Below, piece by piece: positions 5,011 through 5,473 of a stretch of 5,473 nt of DNA; the stretch's first letter is position 1; each line of letters begins with the position of its first letter. Origin of the DNA: a virus; IMG/VR virus record IMGVR_UViG_3300029171_000143, positions 1 to 5,473 of that record. One strand, written 5' to 3'. The notes under the pieces were generated by a model. The model saw only the letters and a program-made list of their open reading frames with translations, did not search any database and was not told the origin of the DNA. The position numbers were made by a program, and so were the translations under genes.

Positions 5011-5473
5011 TTAGAATGGTATTAGGTCTCCAAATGCTTTCATAGCATTCATTATTCCCCCTTGTGTGCTACTTCCGATGTTGAATTCTGTCTGCCATTG
5101 TTTTAGCATGTTGTCTACGTCTTTTTGGTCTAATGATCTGTTGTTTTGTCTTAATTCTTCTTGCTTGTTTAGCAAGTCCATTGCCATTTTTGTTATTTGT
5201 GCTTGGTTTACTTCTATTCCTGATTCTGCCATTTTTATCCTCATGTTTGCCTCTACTACTCCTAGTCTTGCTTGTTCTATTTGATAGTTCTTTGTTTTTT
5301 CTGTTATCTCGTTTTGGTTGTTTAGTGTTCTTACTTCTTGTGCATATTTTTTTGCTAGTTCGTTGTTTTGTTTTATTAGGCTGTCTTCGCTTCCTTTTGC
5401 TACGTTTGCGTTTATTCTTTGTAGTTCTTTTTGGTATTGCATTATTTGTCCTTGTAGCTTTGTGTTATCTGTT
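5011..5473 (-). CDS. DNA pilot / minor capsid protein VP2, 3' (C-terminal) part; upstream part is 608->100 after circularisation
   Basis: TAA at 5013-5011. The frame is open to the window end at 5473. The track ORF 5011..5442 begins at an internal Met. The sequence is Q/K/E/N-rich with heptad-like character (QYQKELQRINANVAKG...ITKMAMDLLNKQEELRQNN...), consistent with the coiled-coil tube region of microvirus pilot proteins such as phiX174 H. The full gene is 972 nt, 323 aa plus stop. Confidence 0.85.
   Translation of the reverse strand, partial: TDNTKLQGQIMQYQKELQRINANVAKGSEDSLIKQNNELAKKYAQEVRTLNNQNEITEKTKNYQIEQARLGVVEANMRIKMAESGIEVNQAQITKMAMDLLNKQEELRQNNRSLDQKDVDNMLKQWQTEFNIGSSTQGGIMNAMKAFGDLIPF
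5375..5473. repeat. Right copy of the 99-nt terminal direct repeat
   Basis: Identical to bases 1-99. Confidence 0.95.

Noticed and set aside
88-5284. All 17 plus-strand ORFs in the track, including 88..441, 251..637, 1323..1826, 1982..2584 (200 aa), 2010..2357, 3640..4002 and 4570..4836.
   Set aside because: Their products are almost pure L/F/V/C/S strings. This is what translation of a roughly 50% T, roughly 10% A strand gives. Every stop codon needs an A, so long open frames arise by chance. Many start at GTG or TTG, they nest within one another, and all are antisense to well-supported genes.
1-5473. CRISPR arrays, tRNA/rRNA genes, integrase or transposase, toxin-antitoxin or defence systems, and alternative genetic code.
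   Set aside because: There are no spaced repeat arrays and no cloverleaf-capable GC-balanced segments outside the hairpins. The genome has no room for further genes. All supported ORFs read cleanly in the standard code with TAA, TAG or TGA stops.

Overview
This window is a complete, circularly permuted genome of a small ssDNA phage of the family Microviridae. It is written as the reverse complement of its coding strand. The subtype looks Alpavirinae-like or Bacteroidota-associated, but that is tentative because it rests on remembered motifs, not a database search. Bases 1-99 are identical to 5375-5473, so the unit genome is 5374 nt and the repeat is best read as an assembly overlap. All credible genes lie on the minus strand. 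In coding order they are: replication initiator VP4 (4817->3825), three small ORFs (3815->3627, 3563->3366, 3445->3122), major capsid protein VP1 (3117->1051), a 109-aa small protein (1002->673), and the DNA pilot/minor capsid protein VP2. VP2 is cut by the linearisation point: 608->100 joined to 5473->5011 gives 323 aa, whereas the ORF track shows only its last 143 aa. Perfect stem-loops occupy the gaps after VP1 and after the 62-aa ORF, and a cluster of them sits in the VP2-rep gap. The 193-nt gap between VP2 and rep is the only sizeable noncoding region. It holds a GC-rich hairpin cluster and is the likely control/origin region. The most unusual property is a very strong strand asymmetry: the coding strand is very A-rich and T-poor, with T avoided at synonymous sites. 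This removes stop codons from most frames on both strands and explains nearly all other ORFs in the six-frame track as artefacts. I saw no tRNA, rRNA, CRISPR array, transposase, integrase or recognisable lysis gene.
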